Positions 37,510 to 47,610 of a stretch of 64,000 nucleotides of DNA are shown piece after piece. The position numbers and the translations under genes were made by a program. Under the pieces are notes generated by a model. It did no database searches. It saw nothing but the letters and a program-made list of their open reading frames with translations, and had not been told where the DNA came from. Location: the NCBI GenBank assembly GCA_965153285.1, contig OZ229110.1; one strand, 5' to 3'. This DNA comes from Podarcis tiliguerta (Eukaryota). The first letter of the stretch is position 1. Every line of letters begins with the position of its first letter.

Positions 37510-37677
37510 ATAATGGGATGAAAGTTGAAGAATCCACTCAAGGCCCACCATCTCATGGCATATATCCTGAATGGTCCAATGAAGAAAGATACCCCACAAA
37601 CTCATCCAGCAAAGAGACACTACCTGAAATTATTCATCCAAGTGAAAATGAGCAAAAAAATGAATCCATTTATACAG
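37510..37677 (+). CDS. CD44: CD44 stem repeat exon S8
   Basis: aaagcag|...|gtatat, 168 nt. NGMKVEESTQGPPSHGIYPEWSNEERYPTNSSSKETLPEIIHPSENEQKNESIYT. Confidence 0.85.
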
Positions 37678-37863
37678 GTATATCTCAGAAAAGTTCTATT
37701 CAGCCCCAATCATTATTATTTCCTACGAAGGGTGTAATCCTGAAGTCAGCATGAATCAGGATTGCAGCCTTAACTATTGATAAATCCTAAGAAAATTATT
37801 TACTCTACATAACATGGGCCTGATAGTGAAAATGTGGTATTGATTCAGTCATCATTGTAGCAG

Positions 37864-38047
37864 TTGTGGTCTCCACGGGTAAGATTAACCGTGAAGACTG
37901 ATAATCATGGTATATAGATTAATGAGATCCATCTTGGTGGGAGCAATGAAAATTGATATCCTACAAAAACATCTAAAAATGGAATTATGCCTGGTCTCAT
38001 TTCAAGTGTAAACAAGCATGAAGAGGATTTGGAAATCTCTCATACTA
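37864..38047 (+). pseudogene. CD44: Decayed CD44 repeat exon psi1 (possible 15-nt microexon 37864-37878)
   Basis: Family acceptor gattcagtcatcattgtagcag. VVSTGKINRED* then, after a frameshift, EIHLGGSNEN*YPTKTSKNGIMPGLISSVNKHEEDLEISHT. Original donor lost (CATACTAGGAAG). Confidence 0.8.
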
Positions 38048-38719
38048 GGAAGAAAAAGAAAATTCGGCATTGTTAAACTTTTCTACACTTTTTAAATTCA
38101 TTTAATAAATGTATAGTCACCTTTCAAAACAACAACGACAAAACTTCCACAAGATGACTGACAAATATGTAAACTCAAGATCAAACAATAAATTTAAAAA
38201 CAATTTAGAAAACCCCAAATCCACAAGAAAATAGTAGCAAGCTTGCATAGCACATCAGTAAATTTCTAAGCAAAACAGAAATGTTTTTGAAGTCTTCTTG
38301 GGTTGAAGTCCTCTTAAAGATGAAGCCATGCATACTTCTTTGGGAAAAGAATTTGAGAAATGTGGCATGTTAGATTGGAGGTTATTGTTTCCCCAGATGG
38401 AATTTATTACTTTGTCAATGCATATGGAGTTCAGTCTTAACCTAATAATTAATACTGCTTAAGCCTTAACCTAATATTTTAATTGACTTCACCTAAAATT
38501 CTGATAGTGACCGTAAAGCTAGATAAGATGGGCATCAAATAATTATGAGGAGGAAACTGCTAACATAGGGTATTGTCTAACTAAATCAAGAGCTGATCCA
38601 CGGAAATGAATGGATTCATGTTATTCCAGTCCACTGATTTTAATGGGTCTATTCTTTATCAGGCTACCATTCGCTACCATTTGTTGTCTTTAAAACAGAT
38701 TCAGACATTATTATAGCAG

Positions 38720-38810
38720 CTGTTGGAATGAACTACAAAGATTCCTCTCATGATTCACACATGTAGGCTAGTTTATATCCTCTTGGGCAGTGAAGGCAAA
38801 TTTATTGCAG
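38720..38810 (+). pseudogene. CD44: Decayed CD44 repeat exon psi2 (5' part)
   Basis: Family acceptor gattcagacattattatagcag; VGMNYKDSSHDSHM* followed by degenerate TATCCT..TGGGCAGTGAAG (YP..W.SE motif). Confidence 0.6.
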
Positions 38811-39019
38811 CTAGAGAAAAAAACCATGAAAAGGTTTTTTTAAAAACCCACCTATTCTTGCCTTTTCTTCTTTTAGACTGGGTTACTTTAGTCTTCCATT
38901 GAGGTTGATGACCAAAGGCCTATGTTGACTTGATCTGGACAAGTATTTATAAATACTCCAGAGTCCGGCAAAATGAGTCCTATGGCAGAAAGATTTGCTT
39001 TCCCAGACAAGAGGCTTCA

Positions 39020-39164
39020 AAAGATTCATGAAGCAGAGATGGTTGTATATGATCTTGGCTGGGACAGTGACAATAAATACCTTGCAAATGCATCTAAATT
39101 TAATTAGCCACCTAGAATCATTCCTCAGAATAAAAAGTGAGTAAAAAGGAAATGCCACATACAG
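39020..39164 (+). pseudogene. CD44: Decayed CD44 repeat exon psi3 (3' part)
   Basis: LGWDSDNKYLANASKFN*PPRIIPQ, then a frameshift to KEMPHT, with the family donor CATACAG|GTAC; no family acceptor found. Confidence 0.7.
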
Positions 39165-39210
39165 GTACAGGCAGTGATTCATTATCATTAAATATTTTAG
39201 CTAAATTAGA

Positions 39211-39261
<51 letters not shown>

Positions 39262-39570
39262 CACCCCATCTGGTTGTGTTTCCCCAGCCACACTGGGCGG
39301 CTTCAAGCAAAAGATTAAAAATACATTAAAACCGTCCCTAAACAGGGCTGCCTTCTGATGCCTTCTAAACGTCAGATAGTTGTTTATTCTTTGACATATG
39401 GTGGGAGAGCGTTCCACAGGGAGGGCGCCACTACTGAGAAGGCCCTCTGCCTGGTTCCCTGTAACTTTGCTTCTCGCAGTGAGGGAACCGGCAGAAGGCC
39501 CTCGACGCTGGACCTCAGTGTCCGGGCAGAATGATGGGGGTGGAGACACTCATTCAGGTATACTGGCCCT
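39211..39570 (-). mobile_element. L2 LINE 3' end with (AAT)n tail
   Basis: Minus ORF GPVYLNECLHPHHSARTLRSS...RAFSVVAPSLWNALP is the canonical L2 ORF2 C-terminus. Confidence 0.88.
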
Positions 39571-39754
39571 GTTTTCTGTGTAGATTTTATAGCCATAGAA
39601 TACGTTTTGGATAGAGCTATAGTTCTGTCTCATCTAAAACGGCTATTGTGGTTACTGATTTCCACTTTCCATGTTAGGGTTAAGTAGAATTGCACTTAGT
39701 GAAGCGCATGTGAAATCAGAGAATTCAAAACTGACCCCGCCATCTTTGTAACAG

Positions 39755-39934
39755 CAGTAGTCTCCAGTGATAGCACTGACTATGAAGATTCCGGTCGGGA
39801 TACAATGTTGCACAGTGAGCATTCTGGACAGGATAATGAAGAAAAACATCTCACAAACACATCTGGAAATCATTTGCTGCCTGGAATTCTTCATGCAGCT
39901 GAAAGTGAGCATGAAAATGAACATTCAGACACAG
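39755..39934 (+). CDS. CD44: CD44 stem repeat exon S9
   Basis: taacag|cagtag...|gtattg, 180 nt. VVSSDSTDYEDSGRDTMLHSEHSGQDNEEKHLTNTSGNHLLPGILHAAESEHENEHSDT. Confidence 0.85.
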
Positions 39935-40414
39935 GTATTGACTGGAAAAATAGTAAAATCATTTTACTTCTTTTTTCAGTAATCTCTCTAGATAAATTAG
40001 AAGCTATCTCAAACTATGTAAAGATGTAATCCTGACTCCATTTAAATAAATGGACTTTCACTAAACACAGGAAGCATGGTGTGATGAAAAAGTATGCACA
40101 ATTTGTTTGCTGCTTGAGATTATCTCCTGCCTGAAATAACTCTTCCAAGTTGAAGCAGTCTTGAAATGGAAACATCTCCTTGGGTGTCTTCCAAGTACAG
40201 GAATTCTAATGGCTTTTAATTCTTCTGGTGTTCGATGAAAGGTACTTGAACTGTAAATCATAGTAGGTAAATGCCATCAGACTAAACGTAATTATACTTA
40301 AAAACCTGATACGATATTGATTCAATTCAACAAAACTTAGCACTTAGTAAGAACTGATGAAAAGAACGATACCTATGTAACATTTGAAAAATATTCAAAC
40401 CATCATTACAACAG

Positions 40415-40588
40415 CTGTTGCCTCCAGTGATAATGGCAAGCAGGAAGACACCACACAAAAACCACATGCAATGCATCCTGGGTGGGAAAGTGAAGATGAA
40501 GATACCACAAACACAACTATGGATAATATCCCACCTATAATTATTCTTTCAAGTGAAGGAAAGCATGAAAAGGAGACACATCATACAG
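40415..40588 (+). CDS. CD44: CD44 stem repeat exon S10
   Basis: tacaacag|...|gtacct, 174 nt. VASSDNGKQEDTTQKPHAMHPGWESEDEDTTNTTMDNIPPIIILSSEGKHEKETHHT. Confidence 0.85.
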
Positions 40589-41220
40589 GTACCTCCCAGG
40601 AAATAGAACTTTAATAAGTTTGCAGTTTTTTGTATTATTTTTCAAATGTACTGCATTGTCACCCTACTCCATTTGAAGAGCTATCCCAGCTACTCTCATT
40701 CTCTCTGCCAGTTGATAATAAAGTTCCATTCATTTGCAACAAAATAATGGTATTCATAACCCACTTAAAAGCAGGGTCAGTAATTACAGGAGATGACTCT
40801 CCATACTTAGCCTTCAAACCCAGGTGTGTGTTTTTTTATGAGTCACTGTTAGAAGGTGGGTGTATAAATGCAGAAAGTACAGAAATAAATTGCCATAACT
40901 GTGACTTTCAGGGATGACAGTGACCACTGACTTAGCATCAGTCAGATGAATGGAGTAATTTAGTGGTGGAGTAGTAAGGACAGGTAAAATACAAATAAAT
41001 CTAGGGCTGAAGGGCTACTTGGCATTACGCCTCCAAGTTACAAAAACAAAACAAAACTGTACTTGAATAGTCTTGTAGAGATACAATTTTTTTTGTGTTA
41101 AACCAATCTGTTTCATTGAAATCTTTTTAAGGAAATTCTGCCATCAACATGCCCTTTAGGGATGCTGATGGGCTAACATATGTATTATTTAGAAAGAGTC
41201 AGAAGCCTCCCAATACATAA

Positions 41221-41460
41221 CCATAGAATTATAGAGTTGGAGGGGACCCCCAGAAGCCATCTGGTCCAAGCCCCTGCAATGCAGGAATCTCAACAAAAGT
41301 TTCCACAACAGTTGACCATCTAATCTCTGCTTAAAAACCTCCAGTGAAGGAGAGTCCCTCATCTACTAAGGGAGTCCGTTCCACTGTTAGGCTACTCCTA
41401 TTGTCAGAAGGTTCTTCCTAATGTTTAGCTGGAATCTCCTTTCTTGTAACTTGAATCTAT
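41221..41460 (-). mobile_element. CR1-type LINE 3' fragment
   Basis: CATAGAATTATAGAGTTGGAGGGGACC...CATCTGGTCCAAGCCC is the reverse complement of the CR1 3' end with an (ATTCTATG)-like tail. Confidence 0.7.
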
Positions 41461-41563
41461 GTGCAGTAGAAGGCCAGGTAATGTGCCTCTCAGTAAACAA
41501 TTTCGTAATAGATTACATAAGCATTGTAATAAATGAATGAATGATCTAACTATATTGTGACAG

Positions 41564-41728
41564 CTGTGGTCTCTGATGGTGGTAGTGACCATGAAGATTC
41601 TACTCAAGAAGCACATCCTGGCCAGAACAATGAACACAGGCATCCTTCAAACACGTCAACAGATTATTTTGTACCTGGAATTATTTCTTCAGTTGAATAC
41701 GTGCATGGAAATGAAACTTCACATATAG
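41564..41728 (+). CDS. CD44: CD44 stem repeat exon S11
   Basis: gtgacag|...|gtacaa, 165 nt. VVSDGGSDHEDSTQEAHPGQNNEHRHPSNTSTDYFVPGIISSVEYVHGNETSHI. Confidence 0.85.
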   Translation: MWSLMVVVTMKILLKKHILARTMNTGILQTRQQIILYLELFLQLNTCMEMKLHI

Positions 41729-41842
41729 GTACAAGCAAGAAGAAGAAAATTCAGATATTCTCTTTGTTACGTTCTAGATGAATTAGGCTGCTGTATTGAG
41801 CTAGATAACAGGTTGCAATTTTAATCTTACTGAAATCAATTA

Positions 41843-42043
41843 CAGTGGTACCTTGGGTTACGAACTTAATTCGTTCCAGAGGTCTGTTCTTAACCTGAAA
41901 CCTTTCTTAACCTGAGGTACCACCTTAGCTAATGGAGCCTGCTGCACTGCTTGTGCGCAATTTCTGTTCTCATCCTGGGGCAAATTTCTTAACCCGAGGT
42001 ACTACTTCCGGGTTAGCGGAGTCTGTAACCCGAAGTACCACTG
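41843..42043. mobile_element. pogo/Tigger-like MITE (same family as 1020-1261)
   Basis: TIRs CAGTGGTACCTTGGGTTAC / GTAACCCGAAGTACCACTG with flanking TA. Confidence 0.88.
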
Positions 42044-42197
42044 TATAGAAATTCATTGACATTAAACAAAACAAGGAAGATGCTCGTGTCATGATAGGGC
42101 ACAATGGTCTGTAATTGACATGAGAACTGGCCATGCAATCATAATATTTAAACTTGATTCCAGCATCATTGGAATAGCAGTGGTCTATAGTTAAGGT

Positions 42198-42550
42198 GGG
42201 ACGCGGGTGGCACTGTGGGTTAAACCACAGAGCCTAGGGCTTGCCGATCAGAAGGTTGGTAGTTTGAATCCCCGCGATGGGGTGAGCTCCCGTTGCTCGG
42301 TCCCTGCTCCTGCCAACCTAGCATTTCGAAAGCACATCAAAGTGCATGTAGATAAATTGGTACCACTCCGGCGGGAAGGTAAATGGCGTTTCCGTGCGCT
42401 GCTCTGGTTCGCCAGAAGTGGCTTAGTCATGCTGGCCACATGACCCGGATGTTGTACGCCGGCTTCCTCGGTCGATAAAGTGATATGAGCGCCGCAACCC
42501 CAGAGTCGGCCACAACTAGACCTAATGGTCAGGGGTCCCTTTACCTTTAC
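42198..42550 (+). mobile_element. Sauria SINE, full length
   Basis: Near-identical to 16340-16682; (ACCTTT)n tail; TSD CTATAGTTA(A/T)GGT at 42185 and 42551. Confidence 0.92.
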
Positions 42551-42975
42551 CTATAGTTATGGTATAAGCCTTGAACATCCATTTTTCATTCATGCACACA
42601 GTAAAGCTTTTAAGTAACAATAAAATACACTGCAAATATCTAGAGATAACTTGCTATTTAGTAGTATTCCTCTATCAGAAAGTTAGAATAAAAAGAAAAC
42701 ATTCCATGTAACTATAAAGAGGAAGTGTGCATTTTTGTTTTGTTTTTGTTTTTTCATTCTGTTGATATATTCCAAATGAATTATATTCCTTTTGTGTCCT
42801 GGTTTGTAAGGAAACTAAATTTGCATTGAGATCCACTAAAATGTGGTAATGGATATCCATTAGCAATACTAATTTTAAAAAATTAAATGCGATGCTAAGC
42901 AAATCATGTGGGATGTAGTTCTGCAAATGTTACAGAACACTTAACATTAACCCAACCCAACCATCATTATCATAG

Positions 42976-43155
42976 CTGTGGGTTCCAGTGATGATATCAA
43001 ACATGAAGTTGCTACTCGTGATCCAACGGTACATGATATACATCATGAATCGGGTAGAGAAGATGATTATTCTACAAACAGCACGAAGGATGAAGTACCC
43101 ATCGAAGTTATTCCTCCAGCTGGAAACAATAACATAGATAATTTCTATCATACAG
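42976..43155 (+). CDS. CD44: CD44 stem repeat exon S12
   Basis: tatcatag|...|gtagtt, 180 nt. VGSSDDIKHEVATRDPTVHDIHHESGREDDYSTNSTKDEVPIEVIPPAGNNNIDNFYHT. Confidence 0.85.
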
Positions 43156-43415
43156 GTAGTTGTGGCAGATCCATTCTTAATTATGTGGTGATTGGTGATG
43201 GTGTGGGGAATCACATTGCTCACAACTGGATTCTTATTTTCAGTCAGTAAATATAGTTGAACATGTAAGGTGCACAAGAAATGTAATTGCATGTAAATAT
43301 GAGTAAAGCTGAGAACATTGCGCAGTGAGTTATTGGGAGGGGAGTGACTTGCGAAAGCCATCATTTTGTATTTTAACTCGTCCAAACCTAAGTTCATCAT
43401 TGATTCACCAAACAG

Positions 43416-43568
43416 CTGTCATACACAACGATCATGAAGACTCAACTCAACAACCATTACCTCCCATTCATCAGCCAGGCTGGGATTCTGAAGAAATATA
43501 TCCCACAAATACTTCTAGAGATGGTATACCGATGGGAGTTGATTCAGATAGTGAAAGCAAACAAACAG
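43416..43568 (+). CDS. CD44: CD44 stem repeat exon S13
   Basis: ccaaacag|...|gtattg, 153 nt. VIHNDHEDSTQQPLPPIHQPGWDSEEIYPTNTSRDGIPMGVDSDSESKQT. Confidence 0.85.
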
Positions 43569-44903
43569 GTATTGCGCTGAGTAATCTATTCATTTCATCA
43601 CAATGTATGAAATGAAGCACTGTTTTTGAAACAAAGCATTTGTCGTTCTTTAAATCTGTACCCCGCCTTTCCAGCAAATGGAAATGTTGATTAATGTCTA
43701 GATTTTAAGGTTGGAATTCTAACCTAAGAATATTATTTGTTCCTTTTAACATAAGGTTGCTGTTTTTGGGCAATTTGAGAGGGACTGATTCTTTGGGATC
43801 GATGTCTCATGCTCTAGGAAATCCTCTGATTTTAACTTTTGAATGTTAGCTCTAGCCTCTGAGAGTTGAAAGTGCCCTATGGGGATATTTTTAAGCAATG
43901 ATACATGACAAGGACAAGTGATTTGTTCAAAATAGGGATTAGGGCATAAATTGTACTGAGGCATAGCCTTCTGAAAATTAGAATTAAAAGTTCTCTCACT
44001 AGAGGCAAGCTTGCTATTCCTTAATAATAATAAGGAACAACTCCTGTTCTAGGAGTTGATTTTATGCAAACCCCATTTAAAGGAGATGTTCCTCCCATCA
44101 AGTTTATATAGCAGGCTCCAGAAAAAACAGGCCTGGCAATATAGACAATAGCATTCATTCCACGACACAAGAACTTGATAGTACCTGACAGATATTTCTA
44201 TGCTGATGTTTTGTTTTGTTTTGTTCTCAAGCTAGTCTGTAGGGCATAATGTCCTTTGGTTTAAATTTCTGATCATGTAGAACATAAACTGAGCTTGTAG
44301 AACATAAACAAACAAGATATACAAATATGGTTCTGAAACTAAGTCTTACATTTTAATTATTTATATCTCATTCATTATGATTATTATTTGCATATGCCAA
44401 TCACCCAGCGTCAAATAATGATGTTTGCTGTGATGATCATTTAATTATGACATGATTTATAATAAAATTAGCCCAAGTTAAAACCTGTAGAAGAGTTGAA
44501 ATGAGTGTGTGAGAAAGGGCGTGGTGAGTAGAGAGCAGAAGGTTGAAGAACGTGGGCTCTCATCCACAACTGACAAGTACTTGGCTGTAGCTCATGAATA
44601 GTTTTCTCTTCCATCAAAAGTATATAACACAAATTGTCAAGTTGATGAAATTTTCTGCATGCCTAATCAACTGTCAGTGTCAGCTGGTGATGTCAGATGT
44701 TGGATCGGAAAATAAAACCAAGGGGGAAGCCAGATCACTGTCAAAGTCTTTTGGAATTTCTGAATTGTAGCAAATCTGGCATCCCAGCATGTTGTTTGGA
44801 TAGAAATATTCTGCTGGTAGAGTAAGAAGTCAGTGGATCAGAGTGAAAAGCAGCTAATAGTTTTGCTATTTTTACAATCTCAATTCATTTACCATTGCCA
44901 TAG

Positions 44904-45050
44904 ATGTGGCCAAAGAAGATTCAACCCCAGAACCAGTGAGGCAATGGGGTCATGAAGACAAATACACGACGAAATCAACAGCAGATGTCTTAGTTCCTGG
45001 AATTGTTCCTCGAAGAGGAATAAGTCAAAAAAATAATACTGATCATACAG
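44904..45050 (+). CDS. CD44: CD44 stem repeat exon S14
   Basis: tgccatag|...|gtattc, 147 nt. VAKEDSTPEPVRQWGHEDKYTTKSTADVLVPGIVPRRGISQKNNTDHT. Confidence 0.83.
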
Positions 45051-46522
45051 GTATTCTGTAGAATGGTGGTGGGATTCCTTTTAACCCTGTCTATCTTAGG
45101 TGAGATAATCTCATGTTGTTAATTTTCATGTCTATTTTAAAACAGACACCGAAAATTAAATTGCATGTAACCTGAACTTATATAAGGTTGAGGAACAGAA
45201 ACTAAATTGTTACCTTGGCCAGGACCTTATTGGTAAAACGAATGTGTTGAAGTTGCTACTTGGGGACTGTACCATGTGGAGATCACCTCATAAAATAATG
45301 TCATAAAATCATTTGTAAGCAGTTGCAGCCTAATGACATTTCCATATCTTTGAACTTCAGTTTTGAAATTTCCCTGTCAAAATTCCTTGCTTAATATTCT
45401 TTAATTGTGGCTAAGGGAACACATGTGATTGTGATAACCATGACCATTTTGATAGCCATCAAGATTGTGAGAAGTACTTGTCTGTTTGCCAGGCACTGCA
45501 GGTTTACACAACGTAAATTTGTTGAAGGAGTATTGCATTTTGAGTTGTGATCAAATTGACTGTTTCCCAAACATATGTTATTTTTTTTGCGGGGGGGGGG
45601 GGGCGGGAGAGTATGATATGTACAGGGGAATAATTTTCTAAAACAATTTAGGTCATGATTTCTCTATTCCGTTCTCCAAATATTTGCATTTATTGTTTCA
45701 ATTATGTCATTTTGCTATCATGTGAAGCTAATGATCCTTCACAAAATGTATCTATTATGCTGTCTGCTGTTACATCTCCTACTTGAGAGCCTAGTGATGT
45801 CTTTAAATACTGTCTTTATGTCAGTATTAATGCCAAGATGTAAGGTTTTGCAGGATCCTTGCTTAAACATGGCAGTGTGTTGAAGTTTTTGGTGTACTTT
45901 AGAGACTCGTTTCCTTCCTAGTTTCAGTGGCTAGTGTTTCTTTTTAGGTAGACAATTAGAGATCTCTTAATATCTGTAGTAAGAGCTGATATATTGATTA
46001 TTCATTTCACTTTGTTGTTCCTGGCATATTCTTGGGCTTTCCAAACTGCTGGTGTGCTTTACATTTCTTTAATATTTATCTCTGTAGAGATAAAAATCGG
46101 ACTGAATTTGAGCCAGTGGGTTTGTTTAAGTTTTGAAAAAGGGAAGGAAATGACAACCCCTTACTTCCCAAGCGTGGTGCGGGTTAATGGGCTTGTTAGC
46201 AGGAGCCATGCATGAATTTTATTATTAGACAATATTTCCATGTGTACGCACACTCTAATGTGGCATCTTTTGCCAAATGGTCCTTGGATCCAATGTTACT
46301 TTGATCTGAGCTGCTTCTGGCTGTTGATCACTTGAGTCTCTGTCCATTACTACTGGAAGGTTTCATGAGCAGATCAGAAACATTGCAACCTTCCCTATTT
46401 TGTTCTTTTTAAACTTTCAGTATAGAAGGAATTTTGTAAAACAAAAAAACAAAGCGGTTTTAATTCTGCAAAGTTCAATGTTAATTGATAGTTAATAGTT
46501 AATTCAACCATCATTACAACAG

Positions 46523-46708
46523 CAGTAGTCTCAAAGGATGGAACCAAAACTGAAGAATCAACACAAGATCCACAGTTACATGGATTGCGTCCTGAATGGA
46601 GCACTGAAGATGAGCCTCTTGTAAATGGCACTCAAGATTATGTATTACCTGGAGTTTTTCCTGAAATTGACAGTGGTTCTGACAGACATCCATCATCGCC
46701 TACTGCCA
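46523..46708 (+). CDS. CD44: CD44 stem repeat exon S15
   Basis: tacaacag|cagtag...|gtaaga, 186 nt. VVSKDGTKTEESTQDPQLHGLRPEWSTEDEPLVNGTQDYVLPGVFPEIDSGSDRHPSSPTA. Confidence 0.87.
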
Positions 46709-47610
46709 GTAAGAGTTATAAATTCCAGGACCTTCAGCTAACCTTTACTTTTCCATACATCAAAATCCTGGGGAAATGTGGTGTGGAAACAAATAGATTT
46801 TAGATGGAAATCCCACTGTGATTACATTCTGTTCATTTCATGGCTTCTTGCAAAGATGCATGATCAAACTCTGATTTTAATGAATGCGTTTGCACTAGTC
46901 GAAGGAAGGTGTGTGATCGTTTCTCAACAATCTTTCTGTCTCTCCAGTTTTGGAGATTAGTTGATTTTTCTCCCTTTTCTCACTTATGGGAACTATTTTC
47001 AAATTAGTAACAGATTAATACATATTTCTATAAGTATCACTACAAACAATTACACATAGCAATATTAGCTAACGTCTGCGGTGTTTGCATGAATTTGATA
47101 AGTATATGTGGTGTTATGGAAAGGCAGTTTCACCCTGATTGCTACAGGGATACTCTTCACAGAAGAACTCAAAATACAGGGCTAAAGAATGCAATAAATA
47201 TAAACCAGCTGGAAATTTAAAAGAAGAAAGCATTTTATCATGGTTTGGAAAACTGATTTTAATTTTCATAGAGTAATGGATCCCCCTTTTCCCTTTCCTT
47301 AGCATAGCCTGCCAGTATTTTACAAGAGAAGGCTTTTTGAAATGGTTGGCAAATAAGGTGTGATAGGGAGAAACCCAAATGAAAGCTCTGAGGAAACGAT
47401 GGTTTATATGGAGCTTAAGCACTGCTGTATCCTTGTACTTTACCATTCCCGTGTCAAGGAATAGGGCCTTGTTATGAAACTCAACGCACCTGTGTTTCCT
47501 TTGACAATATCATGTATTTTTTTTGTCTGTGAAAACTCAAGGGCTCCAGATTTATATAACACAGCTCTAATGTTTTGTGAGTAATGCATGTTTGTTTGTT
47601 TTTTATCTAG

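Noticed and set aside
16340-42550. tRNA genes suggested by GGTTCGAATCC B-boxes
   Set aside because: They are SINE heads with (ACCTTT)n tails and TSDs, not cloverleaf tRNAs.
44400-44780. Possible additional decayed repeat exons (cacccag|CGTCAAATAATGAT; gtgtcag|CTGGTGATGTCAGAT)
   Set aside because: Similarity limited to a few codons, with early stops and no family donor.
32273-46708. CRISPR-like or assembly-artefact explanation for the repeats
   Set aside because: Eukaryotic DNA; copies are highly diverged, separated by unique introns and bounded by AG/GT, so they are genuine old exon duplicates.
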